This document shows, piece by piece, positions 16,730 to 24,000 of a DNA stretch of 24,000 bases. The DNA lies in assembly GCA_048886685.1 (NCBI GenBank), contig JBHLKM010000010.1:130298-154297 (forward strand), in the 5' to 3' direction. This stretch comes from Candidatus Hodarchaeota archaeon. GTDB taxonomy: Archaea; Asgardarchaeota; Lokiarchaeia; Sigyniarchaeales; SOKP01. The notes under the pieces were generated by a model, which had not been told where the DNA came from, did no database searches, and was given only the letters and a program-made list of their open reading frames with translations. Position numbers and translations under genes: made by a program. The first letter of the stretch is position 1. The number at the start of each line of letters is the position of its first letter.

Positions 16730-16832
16730 GCGCTCTTAGTATAGTGGTAAGTATGCTAGGTTGCCAAATCTCTGTCTGTTTGAAGCCAGAGAGGTGATCC
16801 TAGCGACCCGGGTTCAATTCCCGGAGGGCGCA
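16730..16832 (+). tRNA. tRNA-Gly(GCC): tRNA-Gly (anticodon GCC) with a ~31-nt intron at or next to the canonical 37/38 position
   Basis: Hand-folded cloverleaf:
- Acceptor stem GCGCTCT/AGGGCGC, with one G-U pair.
- D arm GTAT-AGTGGTAA-GTAT, closed by two Watson-Crick and two G-U pairs.
- Anticodon stem CTAGG (16756-16760) / CCTAG (16799-16803).
- Loop TTGCCA, giving anticodon GCC.
- T arm CCGGG-TTCAATT-CCCGG.
- Discriminator A; no encoded CCA.
About 31 nt (approx 16767-16797) interrupt the anticodon loop. They contain their own helix, TCTCTG/CAGAGA. A T-run follows at 16834-16839. Confidence 0.85.
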
Positions 16833-17158
16833 TATTTTTAACTTTATTTTTAAAGAGGATATTGTTCTTGGAAGAAATTAAGAATTTATCTAAGAAATTA
16901 GAAGATAACTCTGAAGAAGAAAGGAAAAAGATCTGGAAAATTATTATTAAGAAAAATAGAGCCTAATTTAATAAGAAAAATAAAGAACTAAACAAAATTT
17001 TAAAAAAAGATTAAATTCTGACTAACAAATTAATCAATCTTCAGAAGATAATATTGGCATATATATAAAGAATCGTGAAAGAGGGATTTCACGAACTTTT
17101 TCTATGTTATTTCTGAAATATTTTAAATAACTTCTAGTACTTAATACTAAGAACTCAC

Positions 17159-17575
17159 ATGAAAAATGTCTCATTGGTTGAAAGAATACCAAGCGTACAA
17201 GAATATCTTGCTTTAAGAAGAGCAATCAATTGGAAAATTATTGATGAAGTGACATGTAAGAAAGGATTGCAAGGATCTCTTTATTGTGTCTGTGCAGAAC
17301 TAAATGATGATATAATCGGAATGGCTAGAGTTATCGGAGATTCTGGGATATATTTTTACATTCAAGACGTTATAGTTTTACCTCAATATCAAAAAATGGG
17401 AATTGGTACATTAATGATGAAAAATGTAATGAATTTTCTAGGCAATACTATATCACCTCTAACTGTAGTTGGATTAATGGCATCAAAAGGTAAAGAACCA
17501 TTCTATGAAAAATTTGGTTTTAACAAGAGACCCTCCGAAAGACGGGGACATGGAATGTTTAGAATTTGGAAGTGA
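17159..17575 (+). CDS. GNAT-family N-acetyltransferase
   Basis: 138-aa ORF with the acetyl-CoA-binding motif A VLPQYQKMGIGTLMM (Q/RxxGxG) and a C-terminal FYEKFGF motif. Confidence 0.85.
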   Translation: MKNVSLVERIPSVQEYLALRRAINWKIIDEVTCKKGLQGSLYCVCAELNDDIIGMARVIGDSGIYFYIQDVIVLPQYQKMGIGTLMMKNVMNFLGNTISPLTVVGLMASKGKEPFYEKFGFNKRPSERRGHGMFRIWK

Positions 17576-17740
17576 AACTTGCGATTAGACACGTTGAAAT
17601 CATTAAAACTTTAAAAAACTTTGATATAACAAAATTTATCATTAAAATTTTAGATAGTGATTGAGGTAATTCACAAAAAATTTAATGAAACCTTTTAAGT
17701 TATTTTTTCCATAACTTTCTTTAATAATATGAAGAATAAA

Positions 17741-17760
17741 TTTATATAAATTCAATTGAA
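17741..17760 (+). promoter_or_regulatory. candidate flavodoxin promoter: TATA box plus an adjacent perfect palindrome
   Basis: TTTATATA (17741-17748) matches the archaeal TATA consensus. It is followed directly by the perfect 10-bp palindrome TTCAATTGAA (17751-17760). The SD-like AGGAGTGA at 17776-17783 lies 6 nt before the ATG at 17790. Confidence 0.4.
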
Positions 17761-17789
17761 ATTCAATTAATAAAAAGGAGTGAATTATA

Positions 17790-18236
17790 ATGAAAGTACT
17801 TATAGTTTACGACACAAAATACGGAAACACTCGAAAAGTGGCTGAATTAATTGGCGAGGGCCTCAAAACCATTGAAGAAAATGAGGTCACAATTGCAAAT
17901 GTGAAAGAGATTGATCTGAATAAAGATCAGATTTATGATTTAATACTTGTTGGTTCTCCAAATCATATGGGGACTCATACGGAATCTGTTAGGAAATTCA
18001 TAAAGGGTCTTCGCGACGCTTTATTAAAGGGAAAATCTTTTGCAGTATTTGATACGTATATGTCAAAGGATTATGAAAAAGCAGTAAAGAGAATGGAAAA
18101 GCAAATTAATATGGTTATACCAAATATGGCTAGAGCAAGTTCTGGATTGTCTATTAAAGTTGGAGGGAAGAAAGGACCAATTGTGGAAGAAGATCTCCCT
18201 AAATGTAAAGAATTTGGAATTAGCCTTGCTAAATGA
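17790..18236 (+). CDS. flavodoxin (short-chain type)
   Basis: 148-aa ORF that starts MKVLIVYDTKYGNTRKVAE, an FMN phosphate-binding loop. LILVGSPNHMG and FAVFDTY match flavodoxin-fold strands. Confidence 0.85.
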   Translation: MKVLIVYDTKYGNTRKVAELIGEGLKTIEENEVTIANVKEIDLNKDQIYDLILVGSPNHMGTHTESVRKFIKGLRDALLKGKSFAVFDTYMSKDYEKAVKRMEKQINMVIPNMARASSGLSIKVGGKKGPIVEEDLPKCKEFGISLAK

Positions 18237-18332
18237 TTTTTTTCCAAACCAAGAAAAAATCAAAAACATTTATTTTTTTGTTACTATTATTAATTTTATA
18301 CCTTAAGCTTTAACTAATAAGAGGGGTAGAAT

Positions 18333-19208
18333 ATGCCTAAATGTAAATTTTATATTGTGGATGTTTTCGCTGAAAGAAGACTCGAAGGAAATCAACTAGC
18401 TGTCTTTATTTGTGAAAAGGGAATTCCAGATTCCGAAATGCAAAAAATTGCAAAAGAAATGAATTTCTCAGAGACCACGTTTATCACTTCAATTGAAAAT
18501 TATGATGTTCGTATTTTTACACCCGACATGGAGTTACCTTTTGCTGGACACCCAACTTTAGGTACTGCTTTAGTTTTTCAGAAAGAAATAATAAAATCTA
18601 ATATCAAAACTCTTCTACTAAATCTTAAGATTGGTCAAATCCCCGTTTTATTTAAGTACAAATCTGGTAATACCGAAGAAATTTGGATGGAACAAAACGT
18701 TCCTGCGTTTGGACAATTTTATGATCCAGAACTCATTGCTAATACATTATTTTTAAGAGAGGACGATATTGATATCAGATTTCCTATTCAAGAAGTATCT
18801 ACAGGATTACCTTTTATTATTGTTCCATTGAAATCTCTAGATGCTTTAAAAAGAGCTCGGGTAGAACGAGAGAAGTTTTTTGACTTAATAGAAAATACAA
18901 GTGCTAAGTCGATTTTGATTTTTTGTCCCGAAACTTATAGAAAAGGAAATCATTTGAGTGTTCGCGTTTTTACTGAAGTTCCCGGATTCGAGGATCCCGC
19001 AACTGGTTCTGGAAATGGATGTTTAGCTTCGTATTTAGTACAACATCAATATTTTGGCAAAAATAGTGTTGATATTAGAGTAGAACAAGGTTATGAAATT
19101 GGTAGGCAAAGCTTACTATTGTTAAGAGCAGAAGAAAAAGAAGGTCAGATTAATGTCTCTGTAGGGGGAAAAGCATTTATTATTGCTCGAGGAGAATTTA
19201 TAGATTAA
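18333..19208 (+). CDS. PhzF-family (phenazine biosynthesis-like) isomerase/epimerase-fold protein
   Basis: 291-aa ORF. Motifs are VDVFAE....GNQLAVF, EMNFSETTF, the PFAGHPTLG region and a C-terminal DPATGSGNGCLASYL. This is the typical PhzF/YddE two-domain pattern. Confidence 0.85.
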   Translation: MPKCKFYIVDVFAERRLEGNQLAVFICEKGIPDSEMQKIAKEMNFSETTFITSIENYDVRIFTPDMELPFAGHPTLGTALVFQKEIIKSNIKTLLLNLKIGQIPVLFKYKSGNTEEIWMEQNVPAFGQFYDPELIANTLFLREDDIDIRFPIQEVSTGLPFIIVPLKSLDALKRARVEREKFFDLIENTSAKSILIFCPETYRKGNHLSVRVFTEVPGFEDPATGSGNGCLASYLVQHQYFGKNSVDIRVEQGYEIGRQSLLLLRAEEKEGQINVSVGGKAFIIARGEFID

Positions 19209-19242
19209 AAAATTAAATAATTTAATTAATACTTATACTTTT

Positions 19243-20358
19243 TTAACTACTTGTTTTATAGGCCCCCACTTTTTTTGCCAATATCTCTACTTCCGTAGAG
19301 TTAGAGAATAAAGCACAAGGAGAACCATTGGTTTCTAATAAATGTTCACTTTCTCTAATAACCTTAAATAATTGACTATCGAGACCAGCTTTCAAGGAGG
19401 ATTTCGTCAGGTTATGTGTAGCAATATTCGAAACTGGACATGGGGTTAAGTCTCCTGAGGGTGTTACATGAGCGAATCCTCTACCAGCAGACACACATCC
19501 CCCCATATACTCTTCATCTCCAGGAGAGTGGACTAAGAAAATCTGTTTCGTTTCACGATAATTTAATACCTTTTTTCTAAACTCGATGCTTTCTTCTTCA
19601 GTTAGCATTAATTCATTATCATTATCTACTGGGATATATTCAAGTAGAAAAGCCAAACGTACTCCTTTTGATATCAAATCATCGAGGTTTTCTGATTTCA
19701 TCCAAAATTTAAAATTATTGCGATTAATAGTGACTGAAATTCCACTTATAACTCCAATTTCATCTAAGTTATTAATAGTACTTAACACTTTTTCATAAAC
19801 ACCATATCCTCTTCTTGAATTTGTTAATTCCTGATCTCCTTCAATACTTACTATAATTATTGTATTTTTTTGACGTTTTAATTTCTTATAGTCTTCTTCT
19901 CCTAAAATTGTTCCATTTGTAAATATCAAAAAGAGCCTATCTTTGAACTCCTTGCTGATTTGTAATAGATTTGGCATTAAAAAAGGTTCTCCACCTGCAA
20001 TTATGAATCCAAAAACTCCTAATTCAGAAGCTTCTTTAATAATTTCGATCCATTGCTCTAAATCGAGAGATTTATTTGTTTTATTATTACATAACGTTCC
20101 CGTTGCTGCAGCATAACAACCAGTACATTTAAGATTGCAGTTTGAAGTAATACTTAATATTAAAAAGGAAGGAACTTTTGTTCCCTGCAATAATTCTTCT
20201 ATCCTTATTCTACGACTCTTTTTATAAGCTCTTGCTAATCGCATCATCGCATACATGCTTTTTGGGTGTTTTAGAATCCAGGGCATGAAAATTTTGGCCA
20301 TTTTAGAATCTACTTTCATTAAGGTCTTATTAATAAATTTGGTCTCTTTATTTTCCAT
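19243..20358 (-). CDS. radical SAM enzyme with a short C-terminal Cys-containing (twitch/partial-SPASM-like) segment
   Basis: 371-aa ORF. It has the CNLKCTGCYA cluster motif (CxxxCxxC), the GGEPFL SAM-binding motif, and a C-terminal GGCVSAGRGFAHVTPSGDLTPCP resembling the first half of a SPASM/twitch domain. The substrate is unknown. Confidence 0.8.
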   Translation of the reverse strand: MENKETKFINKTLMKVDSKMAKIFMPWILKHPKSMYAMMRLARAYKKSRRIRIEELLQGTKVPSFLILSITSNCNLKCTGCYAAATGTLCNNKTNKSLDLEQWIEIIKEASELGVFGFIIAGGEPFLMPNLLQISKEFKDRLFLIFTNGTILGEEDYKKLKRQKNTIIIVSIEGDQELTNSRRGYGVYEKVLSTINNLDEIGVISGISVTINRNNFKFWMKSENLDDLISKGVRLAFLLEYIPVDNDNELMLTEEESIEFRKKVLNYRETKQIFLVHSPGDEEYMGGCVSAGRGFAHVTPSGDLTPCPVSNIATHNLTKSSLKAGLDSQLFKVIRESEHLLETNGSPCALFSNSTEVEILAKKVGAYKTSS

Positions 20359-20565
20359 AATTCTTTTCTATATAATCCATTTATTTTTAGTAAATAGTAA
20401 AATTAATCTTAAAATATAATTTCAGTAGTCCATTTTTTAAGAACTATAACTAAAAATACATAAATGTCAAATATACATCTTGATTTTATGTAATTGCAAA
20501 TTATCTTATGTATTTTAAAAGAATTCTTACTCTAATACAATAGTTTTAAAGCGATAACATTCATT

Positions 20566-22554
20566 TTATACATTCGGAATTACATATACTTTCTTTACAA
20601 TTTTATTGACGAAGTGTTTTATTTTTTCTTCAGTTTTAGTTCTTGGTACGAATAGAGTTCCATTATTGGTATAACCAAATAATTTATCCATTATAGATCT
20701 TGGTTTATGAACCATTGTTTTAATTGTTTTTATTAAATAATCTACATCAGATTTCTTATTTTCAATACCAATACTTATTCTTAATGTCCCCGGAAGACAC
20801 ATTGCTGTTCTTTTTGGAAATATCAACGATGTCATTCTTGCCCCAAGAATTCTGATTTTTTGGATTTTAAGGATTTTTTGAATTAATATATGAGCACAAA
20901 AACAACCATTTCGAACTCCAATCCCGCCGTATTCTGCAAGTTCCTTTGCTGCAACATTATGAGGAACTTTTGCTAAATTGAATGAGATAATACTACCTCG
21001 CTTACTAATATTATAAGAATTTAAAACATCTATTCCAAAGATTTTTACATCTTCTATTTTCCTTAAACCATCTATGGCAATTTCGATCAAATTATTCTCG
21101 TAATCTTCAATTTTTTCAATCCCAATCTTTTCCAGAAGCAATATTGCCTTCCCTAATGTAGCAATTCCAACAACATTTTCTTCACCAGATAATTTAATCT
21201 TCATTATCTCATTAGGATTATACCTTATTAATCTTTTTTTCACCACTAGTACTCCAGTACCGAATGGAGCATAGATTTTATGCCCCGAAAAGGTAAAATA
21301 ATCGATATCAATATCAGAAATATTAATCTTATGATGAGCTACTAATTGAGCTGCATCAATAAGCATTTTTGCACCATATTTATGCACAATTTCACTAATT
21401 GCTTTAAGATCATTACGTGTACCAAGAACATTAGAGGCTGCACTCACAGAGACTAGTTCTACCTTTCTAGTTTTAAGTTTAGCATTTTGATTATATTTAC
21501 GGAGCAAATCCTCTAGTTCATTCGAATTTATAAATCCATCGTCATCAACAGAAATCCTCATTAAGTTAGTGTTTGGAATGTAACGGAAGGGAAGTTCATT
21601 GGAGTGATGTTCCAGCTCTGTATTAATTATAACTGATTTTTTATTCTTTTTAGGCTTTATTGCCAAATTACGAGCTACTATATTTATTGCTTCGGTTGTA
21701 TTTAGTGAAAAGATTATATCATATTTATCCAATGGTGCGTTTAAAAATTTGGAGATGATCTCTTTTACATCATGTATAATGTCTTTATGAATTTCCTTTG
21801 ATTGCCTTAATGTTTTACAAAAGACTTTCCAAATTGGTGAAAACGTTGGAGTACTTGCAGCATTATCTAAATTAATAAAATGTTTTATTCCTTCTAATGT
21901 TGGAACCTTAATATTATGCCCTACTAATAATTTTTGAAGCTCATGTAATAATTCTATTCCAGAGAATTTATCTAATTCATCATGATATAAAATTTCATGT
22001 GAAGTTTCTTCCCAATTAGGTATTCGTATTTTGAACACTTTATCAGGATTTTTAATCAATTGAAGAATTACTGCAAATGCAATAATATTCAGTATATTAG
22101 GTGTACCTGCCTCAAATCTTTCGGGAGGATCTGCCCAAATAACATATTTAGAAGTAACATGCTTGATCATTCCACCACCAGTAAAGATTACAGAGCATTT
22201 ACGAAGAACTCTTTTTTTAACAGCAATAGCTCTTACTCCTAGTGGTAATTCAAAATCTCTACTAGATAAAATGAAATAATCTGTAGAATTAAGTTGAGTT
22301 TTAAATATTTCTAATCTAAGAGGGCTACAAAATACTACGGTATATTTCTTATTATTTAATTGTAAATAATCTAGAATGATCACTCTTGCTTGTTCATATA
22401 AAGCAGTAGTAGCCAATGAATTATGACCAGTGCCTCTATGAACATTAGAGTATGTCTTCAATGCTGTAAATAATGCTCTTTCCAACTCTTCAAAAGCATC
22501 ATTGGTGTTGGTAGCTGAATTTTCATTTTGTACTAGATAATTCATTCCATTCAT
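20566..22554 (-). CDS. class V aminotransferase-fold PLP enzyme, SufS/cysteine desulfurase-like, with a degenerate N-terminal partial copy of the same fold
   Basis: 662-aa ORF. Residues ~225-620 form a complete class V unit: NLDNAASTP, SLNTTEAINIVA, ELEHHSN, LIDAAQ, the FSGHKIYAPFGTGVLVV PLP-Lys motif, and VRNGCFCAH (SufS catalytic-Cys position). Residues ~30-170 repeat only the NVHRG...ALYEQAR and GGGMIKHV...PERFEAGTPNI segments and lack a PLP-Lys region. The start ATG overlaps the upstream stop (ATGA at 22551-22554). Confidence 0.85.
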   Translation of the reverse strand: MNGMNYLVQNENSATNTNDAFEELERALFTALKTYSNVHRGTGHNSLATTALYEQARVIILDYLQLNNKKYTVVFCSPLRLEIFKTQLNSTDYFILSSRDFELPLGVRAIAVKKRVLRKCSVIFTGGGMIKHVTSKYVIWADPPERFEAGTPNILNIIAFAVILQLIKNPDKVFKIRIPNWEETSHEILYHDELDKFSGIELLHELQKLLVGHNIKVPTLEGIKHFINLDNAASTPTFSPIWKVFCKTLRQSKEIHKDIIHDVKEIISKFLNAPLDKYDIIFSLNTTEAINIVARNLAIKPKKNKKSVIINTELEHHSNELPFRYIPNTNLMRISVDDDGFINSNELEDLLRKYNQNAKLKTRKVELVSVSAASNVLGTRNDLKAISEIVHKYGAKMLIDAAQLVAHHKINISDIDIDYFTFSGHKIYAPFGTGVLVVKKRLIRYNPNEIMKIKLSGEENVVGIATLGKAILLLEKIGIEKIEDYENNLIEIAIDGLRKIEDVKIFGIDVLNSYNISKRGSIISFNLAKVPHNVAAKELAEYGGIGVRNGCFCAHILIQKILKIQKIRILGARMTSLIFPKRTAMCLPGTLRISIGIENKKSDVDYLIKTIKTMVHKPRSIMDKLFGYTNNGTLFVPRTKTEEKIKHFVNKIVKKVYVIPNV

Positions 22555-24000
22555 TTTATGTTTTTTATTTCAAACAAGCAAGTTGGATCCGATGTTATAT
22601 TACTACCGGATGATATAAAAGCTTTTGCTCTACATCCACCACATATAGTTTTAAAATTACATTTTCCACATTGACCTTCATACTTTAAACCACGATATTG
22701 ATTTAAAATTGGTGAAGCTTGCCAAATTTTTTGAATGTGATGCTTTTTGACATTTCCAAGATACACAGGATTTAGAGGACAAGGTGTAACATCTCCATTT
22801 GACTTAATATGCATTGTAAAGACACCACATTCACAGCCTGTAATAAATGGAGAAAATGGGCTTTGTTTGCTAAAAACGCCATCACTAAGTCTCTCTGAAA
22901 AATTAAAGTATGATATTGCTTCACGTGAGAAGATACTTTTAAAAAAAGGAGCAATAATTACTTTTGGGAATCTTTGAGCTAAAATTCGTGCAAAAACAGG
23001 ATTCTTATATGAAAGAGTTAACGGATAGTCTTCATTCATTAGATTTTGCCAAATATCGCATAGAATAACACTAAATTTCTCGATCTGGAACGGAGTTAAA
23101 GTTATATGTACTTGCGAAGATGCCTTGCCAGAGGGAACAAAATCAATAATTTCAAATTTTTGAACCTTTAAAGATTTAGCTAAATCGACTAATTCATAGA
23201 TCTGATGGACATTCTGTTTGGTAATTGTAGTCCCTATACATGTATATAAGCCTTCATTTAGACAATGTTTTATTGCTGAAATTGCTTTTTCAAAGGTACC
23301 GATGCCACGTATTTGTTCGTGAACATCTTTTAACCCATCGATACTTACTTGAACATATCCAACACCAATCTCTTTTAATTGTTTAGCCTTTTTCTCATCG
23401 ATTAGGGTGCCATTAGAAGCAAGCGCAACATTAACATTTTTACCCGAAGCATATCTCATAAGTTTAAATATATCGTCTCTAAGTAGAGCTTCTCCACCAA
23501 AAAAAATTAAAATGAAATTTTTTGCTTCAGCTAATTGGTCAATGATGTTACATGCTTTATTATAGGATATCTCATCCAAATCCTGGTCAACATAACAATG
23601 AGTGCATTTTAAATTACACCGTTGAGTCACTGACCAGAATACTACAGGAGGTCCTATCGGGATGGTTGGCATTTTAAAACCATACATACCAATTCCTTCT
23701 ATATAGGATAGTGCTAGTCGTTTTAAAGCCTCATTTTCTTTTAAAATCTTCGGAAATCTCTTTTTAGGTATATTTAAACTTCGACTTACTGCATTCAGCA
23801 CGAAGGAAATTAAAGTCGTAGAGATAATAGTTTTATATCTACATTTCTTACATTTAATTTTTTTGGTTATGTAGTAATCTATAAAGATTTCGGAAAATTT
23901 ACGTTCACAAGATGGACAATGTTTATTAAATAGATGAAAAAATTTGGTTATATGAAATCTATTTATGATATTCCAAATTAAAAGGTCTAACTTTATAACC
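22551..24000 (-). CDS. radical SAM/SPASM-domain enzyme (AhbD/NirJ-like maturase family), probably 5'-truncated by the window edge, with a Zn-ribbon N-terminus
   Basis: It has the CNLKCTHCY cluster motif, GGEALL, VQVSIDG, DFVPSGKAS, and a full C-terminal SPASM Cys pattern (GCECG...NGDVTPCP...CGKCNFKTICGGCRA...C). The track start at 23801 is a GTG. My translation shows the same frame stays open with no stop for all 66 codons up to base 24000 (...FNKHCPSCERKFSEIFIDYYITKKIKCKKCRYKTIISTTLISF...). That stretch contains a CxxC...CxxC ribbon and no ATG, GTG or TTG. Confidence 0.8.
   Translation of the reverse strand, partial: VIKLDLLIWNIINRFHITKFFHLFNKHCPSCERKFSEIFIDYYITKKIKCKKCRYKTIISTTLISFVLNAVSRSLNIPKKRFPKILKENEALKRLALSYIEGIGMYGFKMPTIPIGPPVVFWSVTQRCNLKCTHCYVDQDLDEISYNKACNIIDQLAEAKNFILIFFGGEALLRDDIFKLMRYASGKNVNVALASNGTLIDEKKAKQLKEIGVGYVQVSIDGLKDVHEQIRGIGTFEKAISAIKHCLNEGLYTCIGTTITKQNVHQIYELVDLAKSLKVQKFEIIDFVPSGKASSQVHITLTPFQIEKFSVILCDIWQNLMNEDYPLTLSYKNPVFARILAQRFPKVIIAPFFKSIFSREAISYFNFSERLSDGVFSKQSPFSPFITGCECGVFTMHIKSNGDVTPCPLNPVYLGNVKKHHIQKIWQASPILNQYRGLKYEGQCGKCNFKTICGGCRAKAFISSGSNITSDPTCLFEIKNIK

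Noticed and set aside
16833-17158. I considered whether the region downstream of tRNA-Gly is an integration hotspot or genomic-island boundary. It includes a small TTG-initiated ORF at about 16862-16966 (LFLEEIKNLSKKLEDNSEEERKKIWKIIIKKNRA).
   Set aside because: No integrase or transposase gene is present. I noticed no direct repeat of the tRNA 3' end. The downstream genes (GNAT, flavodoxin, PhzF) look like ordinary chromosomal genes with the same composition. The 34-codon ORF has a non-ATG start and a low-complexity K/E-rich sequence, so it is not supportable.
1-24000. I searched the window for CRISPR arrays, long tandem or interspersed repeats, rRNA genes and IS elements.
   Set aside because: I saw no regularly spaced direct repeats of 24-40 bp, no cas-like or transposase-like ORFs and no rRNA-like conserved stretches. 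By-eye scanning cannot exclude short dispersed repeats.

Overview
This is an AT-rich, gene-dense archaeal chromosomal window, roughly 30% G+C by eye. It holds about 24 protein genes and one intron-containing tRNA-Gly. I saw no CRISPR array, transposase, integrase or rRNA. All family calls come from motif recognition and by-eye alignment, because no database search was possible.

The main feature is a eukaryote-type ESCRT locus at 11855-15532. It contains an ESCRT-II Vps22/36-like EAP30 protein, an ESCRT-II Vps25-like protein with an unusual ~125-aa charged coiled-coil N-terminus, a Vps4 ATPase (MIT + AAA+) and a Vps2/24/46-like ESCRT-III subunit with a C-terminal MIM1-like helix. ESCRT-II homologues outside eukaryotes are known only from Asgard archaea. 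With the low G+C, this points to a Lokiarchaeia-like genome.

The second notable locus is an uncharacterised minus-strand cluster at 19243-24000. It contains a radical SAM/SPASM enzyme whose reading frame runs off the window and has a Zn-ribbon N-terminus. Its stop overlaps (ATGA) the start of a 662-aa SufS-like PLP enzyme carrying a degenerate extra N-terminal half-copy. A second radical SAM enzyme follows, and a flavodoxin gene lies nearby.

Other content:
- A divergent NIP7 / NOL1-NOP2-Sun pair that mirrors the eukaryotic Nop2-Nip7 partnership.
- A 457-aa orphan with a Cys cluster, a longin/roadblock-like segment and MIT/TPR-like helices.
- A CYTH protein.
- Housekeeping and metabolic enzymes: a partial alpha-glucan phosphorylase, an SDR, an alpha/beta hydrolase whose nucleophile position reads Ala, an MBL-fold hydrolase, an acyl-CoA synthetase, an NDP-sugar pyrophosphorylase, a PfkB kinase, a GNAT, a flavodoxin and a PhzF-like isomerase.
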